A stretch of DNA of 61,084 nucleotides from Bradymonadia bacterium. GTDB lineage: Bacteria > Myxococcota_A > Bradymonadia > UBA7976 > UBA1532. Shown here piece after piece: positions 60,148 through 61,084 of this stretch; positions within the stretch are counted from its first letter, which is position 1; every line of letters begins with the position of its first letter. The notes under the pieces were generated by a model, which did no database searches, was not told the origin of the DNA, and saw nothing but the letters and a program-made list of their open reading frames with translations. The DNA lies in NCBI GenBank assembly GCA_046290225.1, contig JBKAGE010000058.1, positions 1 through 61,084 of the forward strand, written 5' to 3'. Position numbers and translations under genes: made by a program.

Positions 60148-60308
60148 GGTTCACTCCTGGCGAGATGCTCGCAATGGAGTGTGGCACTGGTGGTGGTGGG
60201 CGTCTAATTTGGCTGCGCCAACTCGACTCTGTGAGTGCATATTGTGCATGGGGACTCCGCGCACTACACAGTGCTATAACGCTGTATGGTCATTGGCAAT
60301 CGATGAGA

Positions 60309-60392
60309 GATGAGATGGGCCGAGGCCAGCCACTCGAGTAAACGCGGGGGGTCCGGGGGCGCAGCCCCTGGCATACCTCGGCCCATTTCATC
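60309..60392. repeat. Hairpin element (17-bp terminal inverted repeat with internal GCA-loop hairpin)
   Basis: GATGAGATGGGCCGAGG / CCTCGGCCCATTTCATC (16/17) enclosing CCGGGGGC-GCA-GCCCCTGG. Confidence 0.7.
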
Positions 60393-60401
60393 AAACAGCC
60401 C

Positions 60402-61052
60402 CAATACACCTACAACGCCAAAGGCCTGCGCGTGGGTGCAGAGCCGAGAATCGCCGGTGCTGTAGAGTCACGTGACAACTCACGGCCGCTGCAGCGAAAC
60501 GTGTGGTCTGGGAATCAGGTGTTGCGTCACACGGTGGGCGAAGGGGCGACGGAAGAGTCAGTGGACCACACCCCGGCCATGGGCCGTACGCTCAAGATGG
60601 GCGAGCACGAGCTGGCTCACGATGTGCGGGGTACGCCGATTTTCTCCATGAGCTCTGCGAACGCGATGCCGGTGTTCAGATTGCGGGATGTATGGGGTAT
60701 GCCCCGAGGCCCGCAGGTGGGCTTTGCGGATGGGCGGAATTACTCAGTGGGTTACACCAACCACATGGAGGATGAGTCGGGGCTGACTTATATGCAGGCT
60801 CGGTACTACCGGCCAGAGCTGGGTGGCTTCTTGTCGCGGGACCCAGTGTATCATGCTGGGCAAGGGGCTGGGGTGTATGTGGATGGCAACCCTGCGATGA
60901 TGATTGACCCTGATGGAAGGCTGCCAATCGATATTCCTCTCTTTGAGTTGATCCGTGCTACTAAAGACAGTATCCAGCCAGTGGGACCTACCTTCCGCAC
61001 CCTTCTTGAAGGCCATAAACGGATTTCACTTCAGGGGGTAGAAGACCGATGA
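60402..61052 (+). pseudogene. Orphan Rhs core fragment with short C-terminal extension
   Basis: The frame begins mid-YD repeat (QYTYNAKGLRV) and contains SGLTYMQARYYRPELGGFLSRDP and NPAMMIDPDGR, followed by 43 aa. Confidence 0.8.
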
Positions 61053-61084
61053 TTTGCTCATGTAGCTCTTTGAAATTCAGCAGT

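Overview
High-GC bacterial chromosomal region that looks myxobacterial (Myxococcota-like), based on MYXO-CTERM-type C-termini, many Cys-rich lipoproteins and Ser/Thr kinases. From the left it carries a thrombospondin-3/LamG gene cut by an IS3-like end at the window edge, tRNA-Gly(CCC), a three-gene surface module with a heme-c-fused copper monooxygenase, and a partial sugar-nucleotide cluster. The main candidate for a new system is a light-sensing locus at 13.8-20.8 kb. It has a probable operon of a six-repeat coiled-coil protein, an unknown helical protein, photoactive yellow protein (PYP), a degenerate acyl-CoA-ligase-like protein and an HDOD protein. This operon diverges from a chemoreceptor with a PilZ domain and no sensor domain, which is followed by an FeS-type cryptochrome/photolyase. 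Next come an 11-heme lipoprotein, a ~900 bp cassette bounded by IS3-like ends, endonuclease I, an Rpn nuclease and a GH30. An inverted pair of ~195-nt structured elements with compensatory stem changes lies at 35.56-36.08 kb. The rest holds an atuR-CDEF-like cluster ending in a BKACE gene, a FadL-like transporter, two tandem kinases with degenerate STAND NTPase domains, uraH, an S1 protease and an orphan Rhs core behind a hairpin. No CRISPR array or rRNA was seen. All family calls come from motif recognition by eye, with no database searches.
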